Assembly (NCBI GenBank): GCA_020891255.1
Contig: BQFW01000006.1
Span: 2,170,001 to 2,234,000 of the forward strand
Length of the DNA stretch: 64,000 bases
DNA from: Entomortierella parvispora E1425
Taxonomy: Eukaryota; Fungi; Mortierellomycota
Reading direction: 5' to 3'
Numbering within the stretch: the stretch's first letter is position 1; each line of letters begins with the position of its first letter. Below the pieces are notes generated by a model. It had not been told where the DNA came from. It saw nothing but the letters and a program-made list of their open reading frames with translations, and made no database searches. The position numbers and the translations under genes are program-made. Positions 48,723 to 61,217 of this stretch are shown one piece after another.

Positions 48723-51700
48723 GTGCTTTCGGTACCCCTGCCCTGCATGCAACCATGGCCAATTGCTCACCCGCTGATTCTTCCACGCTATGTAGACATG
48801 TTGAAAGACGACGCTATTCAATGCAGGAACAAGTCTCAGGGCACCGTTGTTCCCAACACGGGGCTGATTCAAGGGGATTCCATAGTTCAAGTCCCCTACT
48901 CCGCAACGTCAAACTCAGAGAAGCAAAGCCAGTTGGATGATGTGTCTCAGCAAGAAGAGCGATCGATCCATGTCTCTGCACCTCCATGTGCCGCTATCAA
49001 GAAGGAGGTGAGTTGTATTTGTGCAAAAAACGCCAGGGGGTCGAACTTGATCGGCGAACCAACGAATCTTTTTTTTGTCCTTCAGCAACAGCCATGGCTC
49101 TGGCTTCAATCCCAGCGATCAGAGACGGCGACGGCCACAACCTGTGCCACGCCAGGAATAGACCTCACTGGAGTCAATGACCCGACAAATAGCGATCAAA
49201 ACGCACCTGCTGGGGGCGATCCTTGCGACCAAGTTCAGTCCCAGCCTCGCTGGGATCATGCTTCGTCTGTGTTCCCGTCCACTGTGGACTCTGCCTGTGG
49301 TAATGGCAAATGCAATGAACAAGGCTCTCACTCTGCGCCCTGCCCACGTTTTGCATCTGAAAATCCACTGTTCCACCTGATGGGAACAAACGAGTCTAGA
49401 GGCGAACCGTTGGCGGTGGTGCAACGGGATGAGAACAAGAGGAAGATGGGGATCGCCTTGATCTTATCGTCCGCGGCGGCTCCGCTCGCTGACTCTTGGC
49501 AGGCCGAGCCTTGCGTGTCTTCACAGTCGAGTGTGTCTTCCATCTCTTTCTCTTCTTCCCCCTCCTCTCCGTATTCTTATTCCTTCAGCTCTCCCACCTC
49601 AAGACGGTCCTCCTTTCCTTCTCCTTCTCCTTATACCCGAGATCATCCCGCTGTCGTGCCCACATTCTCACTCTTCCCTGCCCTTCCCACCTGCAGCTCT
49701 CCCACCTCTGCTTCACCTTCGATCCCTCCAGCTGAGCTTCCACCGTCTCGACTTCGTCAGCGATCGGCCCCTGACCTCAGGCTTTCACTCCACTCCAACC
49801 ACACACTTTCTCGATCACCCTCCCTCTCCTCCTTCCTCTTCTCGCCCGGCGCCTCGACCCAGGATCTGTCTTCGCCCGCAACCACAAGCACGACCTTTAC
49901 TTGCGCGTATTCTCAACCGTTTTTATCTGTCCCTAGTCCTATTACCAGCAGCGGCCACAGCAACGGAATCGACTCTGGCCTCTCTAGTCCCAACTCTTTA
50001 TCCCTATTACAGGAACTTGACGTCGCCTTTACGAATCAACTGACTGTGGATATGACCAGACAGCGTTCGCACTCTGCCTCATCCATCGGTGGCCTTGCGA
50101 AATCACCTTCCTCCCTCCTGACCTCGCTCTCAGCTTCGGTTGCTCTTCATGATTCCCACCAACCAAAGTCATTACAGGATATACTTCTTTTGGCTCAATC
50201 GCATTATATATCCCACCGGTACATCCCGGCCCTGGCTCTTTACAAAGTAGCGGCAGAACAACACAACTCAATACCGGCCTGTGGATCACTTTTTGCTCTA
50301 TATACCTCCACAGTGACCGCGCCCGGTCTGGTCAAGAGCGATACAAAGGCGACTTTGGTTCTGATGCACGCTCTTCGAATCTGGATGGCGAGACGTTGGT
50401 CTTCCTCTTCTTCCTCCCACTGGACACATCTGGAGGGCGCCAGTCGATCCAAGGCCAGGGACGATGAAGATGAACTGGAAGAGTATTTCGCTCATTCTCG
50501 CCCAATACGGCCCTTGGGACATTCAGGAACCGCTGGCAAATCAATACCCATTCGATCGAGGACCTCTATAGGAAATAGCTCAAGGGGAAGAACAGCCTTG
50601 GACGAATGGACAAACAAGTCTATTGCGGAATCGATGATGAGTGAATATCGGACTCCGCGGGTTCTTCAAGATAGACCTGACCCACCTGCAGGACAAGAAT
50701 CTCCGAATATGGGCTTGATCCCCGCATCCAATACCCCAGCGGAGAACCTCTGCAGTGATAGCGGAGAAGAAAGCCAAGACGAGAGTGAGGCTGAAAGCGA
50801 TGCAGACGAGGACGACGACGACGACGAAGAGGAGGAAGAGGGGGTGGTGGAGGAGCAGTACGAGGGACAGGCGCAAGAGGAGGAACAAAGACGAATTGGA
50901 CAGGCCACTGAGGAAATCGAGGATATTGTTCACAAACTGTGTCGAATGATCCAGAAGGGTGTCCTTGGACTCCAAGAGACTGTATTGGTCGAGGCTGTTA
51001 GTTTGCTTCGACGGATGGACAAGGGTCTGAAGAAGGAAGCTGATATCTGGAAGAAGACTGTCTCCCAGTCCCGCTCGCTCTTCAGTTCCCCCAGTGCCGA
51101 CTTTGGCAGCGGTGAGGGTCTCCTTTTGACCCGCGCCTTTGATCTGTCATTTTTGGACCTGGATGCGGATACTGAACGATCGACTCCATCAGGCCTATCG
51201 GACATTACGAACGCCGCCATTGCCAACTTGTCTGGAACAGAACGCGACCTGGATTGGACTTGGTGTCGTGCCATTCGTATCCGACTCATGTTTACATTGG
51301 GATGGGTTCACCAGCAAAAGGGCGAGTATCACTATGGCGCCCAGGCCTACGGTGTCTGCAGTGAGATCGAGTCTACTGGCAAGAGGGGTCTGGATATGTT
51401 GCAACAACAAGCTTCAGCCCAAAGACGTAGTTGTCAAACAATGGAAGAGCACAAGTCTGCTCACCAAGGTCACGCTTCCGAGGCCCAATCGAATGCTCAG
51501 CCTTCGGTCAGCAAGACATTGCCTGTGACTGTAAAGGCCACCGTAGACACCCCTACAAGAAGAAGGAACCGCAAGCTGAACATCTCCAGTCCTTCGTCTC
51601 TTTCCAGCTCAGAGTCTGGGAACGAACGTCGATCCAATCGAGGTACAAGCAACACGTTTTCAAGTTTATCAGAAGTTGTCTGGGGCTCTGCATTATTCAA

Positions 51701-52217
51701 AAGCAGTGCTTCCTCAAGCCGTGCTAGCACAGCTTCGACAGCTCCGTCCATGATCTCGGCAGATCAATCAACACCTTCCAACCAAGGTCGCTCCGGAGCG
51801 CCTCGGCTCCATCGTAGTATGAGCGCCTCCGACACCCACCTCGAGGCCCAAGCCTCTAAAGAACACAAGTCCCAAGATATCAGCGGCAAAGAACCAAAAC
51901 ATCTGCCAACACCTCAGCGACAGGGACCATCGCGACAAGTGTCTGCCCTGACTTTGACTATGGTCGGCCATCAATCGCAATTGGTTCAGTGCAGCCATTG
52001 TGGTAATAAGCGAGTTCAGATGCCGCTCTGCGTATGCAAGAAGGCTCGGTACTGCAACCTGGAGTGTCGTCAAGCGGATATGGAGCGTCATTGCCTGACT
52101 GGTTGCCATGCCTCTCACTCGACTGCGATACATCAGTCGATGGCAACTCGATCGAACGAGAACAGCAATAACAGTGAGAACGCGCCCTCGATGCAAGTTG
52201 CATGCACTGACGCGTAA
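48723..52217 (+). CDS. Large S-rich protein with SEL1/TPR-like helices and a C-terminal zf-MYND; start uncertain, probable in-frame intron 49008-49085
   Basis: CSHCGNKRVQMPLCVCKKARYCNLECRQADMERHCLTGCH (MYND); ALYKVAAEQHNSIPACGSL and MFTLGWVHQQKGEYHYGAQAY (repeat-like helices). Confidence 0.7.
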   Translation: MLSVPLPCMQPWPIAHPLILPRYVDMLKDDAIQCRNKSQGTVVPNTGLIQGDSIVQVPYSATSNSEKQSQLDDVSQQEERSIHVSAPPCAAIKKEVSCICAKNARGSNLIGEPTNLFFVLQQQPWLWLQSQRSETATATTCATPGIDLTGVNDPTNSDQNAPAGGDPCDQVQSQPRWDHASSVFPSTVDSACGNGKCNEQGSHSAPCPRFASENPLFHLMGTNESRGEPLAVVQRDENKRKMGIALILSSAAAPLADSWQAEPCVSSQSSVSSISFSSSPSSPYSYSFSSPTSRRSSFPSPSPYTRDHPAVVPTFSLFPALPTCSSPTSASPSIPPAELPPSRLRQRSAPDLRLSLHSNHTLSRSPSLSSFLFSPGASTQDLSSPATTSTTFTCAYSQPFLSVPSPITSSGHSNGIDSGLSSPNSLSLLQELDVAFTNQLTVDMTRQRSHSASSIGGLAKSPSSLLTSLSASVALHDSHQPKSLQDILLLAQSHYISHRYIPALALYKVAAEQHNSIPACGSLFALYTSTVTAPGLVKSDTKATLVLMHALRIWMARRWSSSSSSHWTHLEGASRSKARDDEDELEEYFAHSRPIRPLGHSGTAGKSIPIRSRTSIGNSSRGRTALDEWTNKSIAESMMSEYRTPRVLQDRPDPPAGQESPNMGLIPASNTPAENLCSDSGEESQDESEAESDADEDDDDDEEEEEGVVEEQYEGQAQEEEQRRIGQATEEIEDIVHKLCRMIQKGVLGLQETVLVEAVSLLRRMDKGLKKEADIWKKTVSQSRSLFSSPSADFGSGEGLLLTRAFDLSFLDLDADTERSTPSGLSDITNAAIANLSGTERDLDWTWCRAIRIRLMFTLGWVHQQKGEYHYGAQAYGVCSEIESTGKRGLDMLQQQASAQRRSCQTMEEHKSAHQGHASEAQSNAQPSVSKTLPVTVKATVDTPTRRRNRKLNISSPSSLSSSESGNERRSNRGTSNTFSSLSEVVWGSALFKSSASSSRASTASTAPSMISADQSTPSNQGRSGAPRLHRSMSASDTHLEAQASKEHKSQDISGKEPKHLPTPQRQGPSRQVSALTLTMVGHQSQLVQCSHCGNKRVQMPLCVCKKARYCNLECRQADMERHCLTGCHASHSTAIHQSMATRSNENSNNSENAPSMQVACTDA

Positions 52218-53308
52218 TTTTTGACATGAAACAACCACAACGGGCAAGCTGGCAAAAGCAATGACTGCAAGATGAACATCCAATGTATATAGCTACAAAA
52301 AAAAAACCACCATAATAGTAGTAATAATAATACACTTCATATGATCTATAGCTCTATATAGTGCGAAGGATGGTTGGGTGTAGGTAGTAACTTCCACAGA
52401 TAAGCAGGAATAATGAAGGGAACTGTGAACCGCTCAAAAAAAAAAAGTATTGCAGAAATAGACCATGCTGCTATTAATAGAGACCACCGAACCGTTGGTA
52501 GGAAGAGAAGGGGACCATGAGTGCACGATTGGCTCGTGGAGAGTGGTAGGAAATGGAGCCATGCCATGAACGCTCTGTGCTGCGAGCTCGCAATGGAGTG
52601 TTGCTCTCGTAATTTTGTTCCGCTCTGTTCATGTACATGTAAGTACCGTCCCCGACAGCGGAGAGACCCTCTTTTTTTTTGTTTGCAAAAGACCCCTGGG
52701 ATGGATGACATGAGAACTGGCCTGTTACCTCTTGAGGCAGGTGGAGTCAGAAAGAGACAGGGAACAAGGAAGGAGAGATTGTCAGCGACAGCGAAAGAGG
52801 GAGGAGGGCTCCTCGACCAAAAACAAAAAAAAAGTTCAATTTCATTATCCGTTGGATTTTATTTGTCCGTTTGTCCCTCCAGGCCCGTCCAGTCCAGCCT
52901 GGTCCAGTCCAGGAACGGGCTTCATCCCAATTGCATCATCATCTTTCATCCTTGCTCTCTCTCCTTCATCCCTTCTCTCCTTCTCTCATCATCCTCATCC
53001 GCTTCATCTTCGCGCCCATTCATCTGCATCGTCCTTCTCGCACCACCTCATCTTCATCGCCCTCTTGCCTTCAACTTTTGACAGCGGACAAAAGATATTC
53101 AGGAAACTCAAAATCCTCCTTCAAAGCGACCTAACGACCCCCTCCTCCTCCACAGCATCACAGAATCGAGCCCAACCACAGTCTGCATACGCACCCACAT
53201 CTCCATCATAACGCACAGCGACGAGAGTATCACCCCTTCTCTTGATCGATTTCATCCTCCCGTCCTCTACCTTACCCACGAACGAAAAGAAATAAACCCG
53301 CCTAGAAA

Positions 53309-56300
53309 ATGTCAGGAAGACCGAGCGGGGTCGGCCAGCGACCAGGAGGACCCGGTGTCCGACGAGGCGCGACGTTGAGCCGTGGCAAGACCTTGTCGCG
53401 ACCGGACCGATTCCAAACGCCCGAGACCATGTTCAAGAAGCGAAAGGCAGACGAGCCGGCCTCGTGCTGGGTGATCTGCTCCCGCATCACCACCTGCTGG
53501 GCCTTGCCACCGTTCATGGCCATGTGTGGAATGCACGATAAACAAGTCCAGCAGGCCTGGCGCGAAAAGTTTACTCTGTGTTTCATCATTTTTATGATTG
53601 GAGGCATGGTCGCTTTCCTCACTATCGGTTTCTCGTTCTTGCTCTGTCCAACGTCCCAGCGCGGAGGTGCTGCCACCTTTTTAACGGTTGGAGACCAAGC
53701 CGCAGGTAAGACCAATGAACTTGAACAAAAACAACGTGCGGAGAAAAGTCTGGAGGGGGGAAAGGAGAAAGAAAAGCCGGTGGGCCCAAATGTTAGACTG
53801 GAAGCACTTGGGCCAATCAGGACAACGATGCACAAGGACCCGCACTGAAGACAGTCAAGGAATATTAAAGAAGGGCTGACGGGAGGACTGTGGGTCGCAA
53901 ACAGCGACCAAACCATCTGAGCCTTGAGCAGGTCGGGAATGCAAATCAAATTTGAAAAACAAACTCTCGGCTACAAAGAGGCCGAGCGGCAGGCTGACAG
54001 TCAGACAACCATGCAGCCAGACAGATAAAACGAGGAGTATGGGCTTTTGCGATGAAGATATCAGGACGAAGGAGTGTCTGCCAGCGCACGACCGAGTAGG
54101 GGAGGTGGAAATGCTAGCGGGAACGCGAAAGACAAGCATCTGCACTCTGCACTGATTCATTAATTATGATGTTCCCTCTTTTATCATAGGCGGAGGTCAA
54201 TTTGCCATCGACGGATTCGTCTACAACTTCTTGAATGCCAAATACCCTCCAGGATTCAGTGCTGTTGGACTGACTGCTGGTCAAGATATCAGCAATTTGT
54301 TTGAACACAGCTATGCACCCAGTTGCAACAACATCAACAGTGTCGCAGCAACCTTCAGCAATTGTATGGCGAATGGCACCAACTGCGAGGTCAAGGCCAT
54401 CCCAACGGACGAATATTTGTTGGGCTACAACATCACACGCACAGCCTTGAGAGCTGGTTACGATTGGAACATGATGGAACTCCAGGCTCAGGCAAACTTC
54501 ATGGTCATTGACGGAAATGTTCTGAACCTCAACGAGTACTTCAAGGTCTATCCCAACCCAGTCCCCAATGACGAGATTGATGCAGTCTTCAGATTTGTGC
54601 TCAGCATGCCTATGCCCGAGGGAGGACGTGACGCCACCAAAATGTTTTTCCGTCGAGACTCTCTCAAGGTGGCCGCCACCTGTGTGGTTGAAAAGTTCAG
54701 AGCTGGATTTATTGACAAGGCCACACCCGGTTGTTTTGCCGCGGATCTGTTTATGTACGTGTCCTTGACCGTGGTCCTGGGAATTGTCCTTTCTCGTTTC
54801 GTGATGGCCATCATCTTTGACTGGTTCTTGTCTGCCAAGCTCGCCAAGCCGCCTGTGAAGCCCAAGGTTCACACCATGTCATCAGCTGCGTCCTCAGGAT
54901 CGACAATCGTTGGCTCTCCAGCACCCAACAAAGCAACACTTGCCCGTACCCCTACTGGATCCAGCACCATTGTTGGAGGCAACCCCCTCGAATTGCATAC
55001 CATCCTCCTGGTGACGTGTTACTCTGAGGGTGAATCTTCTCTGAGGACGACAATTGAGTCGTTGGCTGCTACAGAGTATCCCGATAACAAAAAGTTGCTC
55101 TTCATTATTTGCGACGGCATCATCACTGGATCTGGAAACGATCGCTCCACGCCCGATATCTGCTCTAGTCTAATGGAACTGGATCCCGCTTTTGACTCTG
55201 AACCCACCCCACAGTCTTACGTAGCTGTTGCAGCAGGATCCAAACAGCACAACCGCGCCAAGGTCTATGCTGGATATTTCCGCTGGAAGAACCGCCGTGT
55301 GCCCACAGTTTTGATTGTAAAGTGCGGTAATGAAGAAGAGCACGACAAACCCAAGGCCGGTAACCGAGGCAAGCGCGACTCCCAGCTGATCCTCATGAAC
55401 TTCTTCTCGAGAGTGACGTACAACGACAGAATGACGCCCCTGGATTATGAACTCTTCCGAAAGATTCAGCATCTGATGCAAGTGACTCCGGACAAGTTTG
55501 AGATTGTTCTCATGGTGGATGCAGATACAAAGGTCTATCCAAGCTCTGTGCGGTTATTGATGAACTGCCTTAACAACGATCCACTCATTATGGGACTCTG
55601 TGGCGAGACCAAGATCGCCAACAAGCGCCAATCCTGGGTAACTGCCATTCAAGTCTTCGAGTACTACATTTCTCATCATCTTGGCAAGGGTTTCGAGTCT
55701 GTTATTGGAGGTGTGACCTGTCTTCCTGGATGCTTCTGTATGTACCGACTCAAGGCTCGCAGAGGCGATGATTGGATTCCGATTATCACCAAGCCTGAAA
55801 TCGTCCAGGAATACTCGCAGAACGTTGTCGAAACTCTTCACCAAAAGAATCTTTTGCTTCTGGGAGAGGATCGTTTCTTGACGACGCTCATGCTTCGCAA
55901 CTTTCCCAACCGCAAAATGATGTTCATGCCGCAAGCCATCTGCAAGACTGTCGTTCCTGACGAGTTCAACGTGTTGCTGTCACAGAGGCGTCGCTGGATC
56001 AATTCGACTGTTCATAACCTGCTGGAGTTGGTGTTGGTCCGCAACTTGTGCGGTACCTTCTGCTTCTCGATGCAATTTGTCATTTTTATGGAGTTGATCG
56101 GAACTGTCGTCTTGCCTGTTGCCATGATCCTGACCGTTGTTTTGATCGTGCGACTGGCGACATCTACCATTACAACGCTCACCCAGGCCATTCCGTTAAT
56201 CCTTCTCGTTTTTGTGCTGACCATGCCCGCCATCCTCATCTTGCTGACAACTCGCAAGCTGATCTATATTGCCTGGATGTTCATTTACCTGGGAGCGCTC

Positions 56301-56921
56301 CCTGTCTGGAATTTCGTCTTGCCTATATACGCCTACTGGCATTTCGATGACTTTTCCTGGGGAGAAACTCGTAAGGTGGCTGGTGAAGCCAAGGGCGAGG
56401 CTCACGGCAACGCCGATGGTCAATTCGACTCCGGAAGTGTTCCTCTCAAGCGCTGGGACGACTATGAGAAGGCTCGTGTTCGTCAAGTGAAGCGAATTGA
56501 ACGTGCGGAACGCCAACGTGGTCAAGGGTCACCCTATGCACGGAGTCAGGGAGCACCCAGCGTCTACACGGATGACAACGAGTCTGACATGTTCTCGGAT
56601 CTCGGCCCACAACAGTACCACCACGATTACCACGGTCGTCAAGTCATGAGCCCCCCGCTGGCAGGGAACCAGGCTCGACCCATGATGATGGGAGGACAAC
56701 CCTCTCCTCGTTTTGGACCGCCTTCACCCAACATGCACGCGCCTCCTATGTCTCCTCATTCTCCAGGCGGCGGCGGCGGCTATCCCTTTCCTGGAGGACC
56801 CCCCTCTCCTCTCCATGGTCCTCCCGGCTCACCAATGATGCCCCCTCCAATCAGCCCTGGCGGCATGCGGAGGCATCGCGGCGATGCACCAGGTTCGCCC
56901 ACCTCCCCCCGCCAAATGTAA
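53309..56921 (+). CDS. CHS3: Chitin synthase class IV (Chs3-like, division 2), intron 53706-54189
   Basis: AWREKFTLC, cytochrome-b5-like region, LVTCYSEG, NRGKRDSQ, MVDADT, CLPGCFCMYR, LGEDRFLTT, SQRRRWINST and WHFDDFSWGETR. No myosin motor domain. Confidence 0.93.
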
Positions 56922-57085
56922 AAATCACGAAAAAGCACTGTTACCCCATTTTCCCCTCTCTCATTTCGCAAAATAAACATTTTATTCCCATGAACATAAC
57001 AGATTGCAGATTGTCTTCTATAGAAAAAAAAATTAAGAGTGCAGTATCAGCATGGACTTTCTGATGGCGGGACAATGGAACCGTC

Positions 57086-58177
57086 TCAATGGCTAGGCAC
57101 GCGAGCTTGACGGCCACCAAGACGAGGACCAGAATCTCTCCGTGAGTCCTGAGATTTAGCAGGCGTCGTATTTGAAACTGGATCTGGACTGTTGTTCAAA
57201 GCGTGTTGGGCACTTGTTCCTGGAATGGTCTGACCCGCCTGTGTCGAACCCGTCGCTTCCGGTGGCCCATGCCGTGTTAGAAGCGGGATTGGGGGTGGCT
57301 CCTGGTTCAGCGTGTAAACTGAAGGCACAGAGGGGACAGGCGGAGGCGGGTAGTAGCCGACGGATTCTGCCAAGAGGGTTGAAAGTCGCTTCAGACCTCT
57401 CCCATTGAATATACTCCCCATTGGGCTCAAGGGAGATATATTGGGTAGCTTGCCTGTGCCTCCTTCCAGACTGGTGACTAGAGTCAAAGCAGGCGAAGAA
57501 GCAGCAGCACCATTGCTAGAAGGTCCCGATGGCGGCCGTGAAAGTTCATCCGTGGTGCGATAGAGCGCTTCTACCGACGGCACCTGGCGTTGATAATCAA
57601 GCGGCGACCTGTTGTTGCTGTTTCCCGCTCTCCACCATGGTGTTTCAAGAGAGGGTCGTTGATGCAAACTGTGTTGCTCGTGGTAATCCCCGTGGATCTC
57701 CTCTCGACTCGGGCTAACTCCCATCTCTGTGAAATCCAGAGGCTTGTGGATGCTTTTGGACAATGTCAGCGTGGTTCTTTTCTCGCGTTGTTGGCGGCTC
57801 AAGCGTTCCATGGCCTCTTGGTCTCGGAGACCATGCAACTCGCGTTGTCTTGCCCGCCGCCTACGGAACAGCCATCCACCACAGCACATCAGGACTAGGA
57901 CTACCCCTCCAACGGCAATCCCGATAATGGCACCCAGTCCGAGACTTGTACTATTACTACTACTACTATTGCCGGGGCTAATGGGTAATGGTAAGCCGCT
58001 AGGGCTCGAAATAGTAGCGGAAGAAGAGATACCGGGAGATGGGGGCATAGAAGAAGGGATCGGATGGATAGACGTCGCTGGGGTCTGAGGTTTGCTATCC
58101 TTAGTGGTTGTTTTAGAGCTCGGAGGGGGGAGAGTAGCCATTGGGGGGAGAATTACGGGCAAGATAGTGGTTTCCAT
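57086..58177 (-). CDS. Single-pass membrane protein, S/P/T-rich N-terminus (Mid2/Wsc-like topology)
   Basis: TM segment LGAIIGIAVGGVVLVLMCCGGWLF followed by RRRRAR; disordered cytosolic tail with PPPPVP motifs. Confidence 0.7.
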   Translation of the reverse strand: METTILPVILPPMATLPPPSSKTTTKDSKPQTPATSIHPIPSSMPPSPGISSSATISSPSGLPLPISPGNSSSSNSTSLGLGAIIGIAVGGVVLVLMCCGGWLFRRRRARQRELHGLRDQEAMERLSRQQREKRTTLTLSKSIHKPLDFTEMGVSPSREEIHGDYHEQHSLHQRPSLETPWWRAGNSNNRSPLDYQRQVPSVEALYRTTDELSRPPSGPSSNGAAASSPALTLVTSLEGGTGKLPNISPLSPMGSIFNGRGLKRLSTLLAESVGYYPPPPVPSVPSVYTLNQEPPPIPLLTRHGPPEATGSTQAGQTIPGTSAQHALNNSPDPVSNTTPAKSQDSRRDSGPRLGGRQARVPSH

Positions 58178-58703
58178 TGCAGAGGTATAGAGGTAGAAAA
58201 AGGAGCCAGCTCGCTTGTTCTTGAAAGGTTATAACGAAAGGATGAGTAATAGATGGCCGCAAGGTAGTGAGAAAAGGAGAGAAGAACGAGAATGTCTCTT
58301 TGTTGTTCAGGTCTGGTGAAGAACGGTTATAGTTTTACCGCATGGAAAGGGAAGGGGGCAGCTGAAAAGGTAAGCAAAGGTCAGCAACCATGCTCCCTGT
58401 GTCTGACTTTATAGACTTCTTGTAGTCCGGGTTTGTTCAGTCAATGGAACTATACGATCTTGAACTACTTCAATATCAATACTTCATGAAGCGTATATGT
58501 GCCATTAGCTGAAATATTTGTAATAGATGATGCCAATCCATAGGTCAATCAGGCTATTTTGGTCCATATAAAATTCTTTTCATCAATGAGGCAAAAGAAG
58601 CAAGCCGGTGCGCGGAGCGAAGTCGATGGGGAAAAGGATAGCGCATGGGCCAAGAGACGCGACGATCAAAAAAAAAAAAAAAATGGCAAGGAGCCAAAAG
58701 ATA

Positions 58704-58786
58704 TGGTAGAAGTGGGATTTGAACCCACGCCTCTCTCGAGACCGCAACTTGAGTGCGGCGCCTTAGACCAACTCGGCCATCCTACC
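58704..58786 (-). tRNA. tRNA-Leu(CAA): tRNA-Leu (anticodon CAA), intronless
   Basis: GGTAGGATGGCCGAGTTGGTCTAAGGCGCCGCACT-CAA-GTTGCGGTCTCGAGAGAGGCGTGGGTTCAAATCCCACTTCTACCA: acceptor stem, D arm, long variable arm, T arm, and a TTTT terminator downstream. Confidence 0.97.
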
Positions 58787-59247
58787 TTTCAGGTGAGGAC
58801 CTTGAATCTTATGTCGTCTTTGAATCCATTTCTCGATCCGTTATTTCCATGCAAATTTTTCACTATTTCCACGCAAAATAAAAAACACATACTATATTTC
58901 CAGGCAAGGTTCGTTATTTCCAACAACAATTTCGTCGTTCGCGTGGGACAAGTGGTGGGTGCGTCCGAAAAGGAGCCATGGCGGGGGAAGGAATGTCAGT
59001 GGATCAGGACAGCAAGGGGAGAATTCTGGAAGCATTGAGGCACTGAAGCATTAAGGCGATGGGGCGATGGGCGGTCATTCGAATGCGTTTGCATGTTTGC
59101 ATGCATCTGTGCCACAATGATAAAAAGTGTCGACAGTGCGCCTTTTTTTTGTTCTCTTGTGTTTTGCATGCATTCCTTCCTCCATTGAGCCCATACCCTC
59201 ACTCCTCCTCCATTTCTCCGCTTCCCTCGTCATTGCTGCACTCTTCC

Positions 59248-60828
59248 ATGGAGCATTTCAACGTCGCCACCTCCTCTGCCACTAGCGCACGGTTGCAGCC
59301 GTTACCGCAGCAACAACAGCAGCAGTCGCACCACTATCACCCTTACCGGCATCCAGCCAGTCTTCATCCGCCTTCGTCACTGGCACAGGCGCACGCTCAA
59401 GGCCAGGCACAGGTCCTGACGCAGGCTCATACACAGGCGCAAGGCCACCATCAGCACATCAACCCACTGCTCCAGCATCGACAGCCCCAGCAGACACAAC
59501 TAGTCCACCCTCACGCGTCCCTTCAGGCTCCTCCTTTCCCAGCGCCGACCGCAGCTTTCTCTGGATTCAGAGCGGCGTTGGAACAACGCCGACCGAGTCT
59601 CTCGTCCCTTCCCCCTTCGACCGGACAGACGATATCAGCGCCTAACCATCAGTCCATCGTGGCCACAGGAGCGATGCCAGTACGCCAGGCTTTACATTCT
59701 TACATCTCTACTTTATATGACAAGCCTCCGAGGTCGAGAGAGGAGGCTCAACAGGCACTGGAAGAGATGTTTCGACTTCGGGCAGAAAAAGTGCGCCAGT
59801 CAATTGAGCAGGGCACGTTAGCCACAACCGAGGCTCTTCAACATAAAGTCATTCGGCGGCGGAAGAGTGTTGTTCTTCAAGAAGGCAAACAAGGTAAGTC
59901 AGTCCTCGCATACCACTGAACATAGTTTGATTGATCCGTCGGCACAAAGTACAGGAAAGCTGACTTCGCAAGTTCTTGTTGTGCTTTGACAATAGGACAA
60001 TCAGAAAAGAAGACTGCGCCCGCACAGGAGAGCGGATCCTCTCGCACTGAAGGACAGCAAGCAGAGAGCTCCAGCTCGACTGCTGCAGACACTGTTGCAG
60101 ACAATCTGTTGCCATCTTTGTCATGGGGTCTCTCGGATGATGACCTCATGGCAAGTCTCAGCAGCTTCACTGCCAAACTTGGGGATTCGCTGTTGGCAGA
60201 ACAACGACAGCTTCAGGACTTTGATGTTCAGGACCACAACTCCAACCACACGCACAACCACAGCCAGAACCAGAGCGTCAATCGGAATTATCCCAATCTG
60301 CCTTCAGAGCAGATTGGTGGCGTCTCTGTGACCATGATGGGTCTCTCCACACCTGCACTTGCACCTCCAATGCCGATCTTTTCGCCACCTTCACTCGCGC
60401 AGTCGCCCACAACTTCAACAGAATCACTTTCACCTTCACCTTGGATGCCGTGGTTGCATGATAACGATCCACTGTTGCAGCGAATTGCCAACTCCGAAAC
60501 CATACAACCTGCCTTGTTGCCAACGTCAACTTCTACCTACAGCCAGGGACTCCTTATCCAGAACGATGGGTTAAGTATGCCAACAAAGCAGTTTGGTGCC
60601 CCAGATGGAAATCCATACATGCAGTACCTGCAGACGGTCCAACCATTGCAGCAGGGGGCTCAGCCCGCAACGCTAACGGGATATGCACAACCGACGATGG
60701 CCGCCTCGAATCATCAGACAACCTTTGTAGATCCCCAATGGCAAGCGACAATGATGGCAATGATGATGGGCCAGGGCCCTGTCCTGGAGCCAAGGCACGG
60801 TGGGCATGCACATGCCCAGCGCCATTGA
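59248..60828 (+). CDS. Uncharacterised Q/H/P-rich protein (2 exons), possible transcriptional regulator
   Basis: Low-complexity exon 1 with a helical basic segment EEAQQALEEMFRLRAEKVRQSIEQG...VIRRRK. Intron at about 59894-59995 joins the ORF 59986-60828 frame. Confidence 0.6.
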
Positions 60829-61217
60829 GGTGCTAGGTGCAGATATGAGGAGTCTAGACGATGAAAGGGCGGAGGGCTGGGAGATGCTGGTCCGAGTCCT
60901 CTCTCCCAAATTGGGGCCTACAGGGCCACAGCAGATGAAAATAAAAAAGATGGAGGGCTCTCGGGCGTGAGTGACCTGCTGCCTGTCTGCTTGTTTGCCT
61001 GTTCCATTCCTCTTCACCTCATCCACTCTCCATTCCTTTGCATGCATTGTCGTTTTCATCGCCATCCTCTATTTATCAGTAGCTCTTCGTTCCTGCCATC
61101 ATCGTCCTTGCCATCTCTATCGTCCGCCACACTTCCATACAACCTCATACAGAACAGGAGCCACACCCTCTGGCAATAGATTCCTTTGCGCCGGAACTAC
61201 TAGCTTGTCATTTCTCC

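Noticed and set aside
53706-54189. 484-nt purine-rich chitin synthase intron with small hairpins (GGTCGC/GCGACC, CTCGGC/GCCGAG)
   Set aside because: Stems are only 6 bp and there are no C/D or H/ACA boxes in a sensible arrangement.
59059-59919. bZIP transcription factor call
   Set aside because: The basic segment lacks the N-x7-R/K signature and no leucine zipper follows after splicing.
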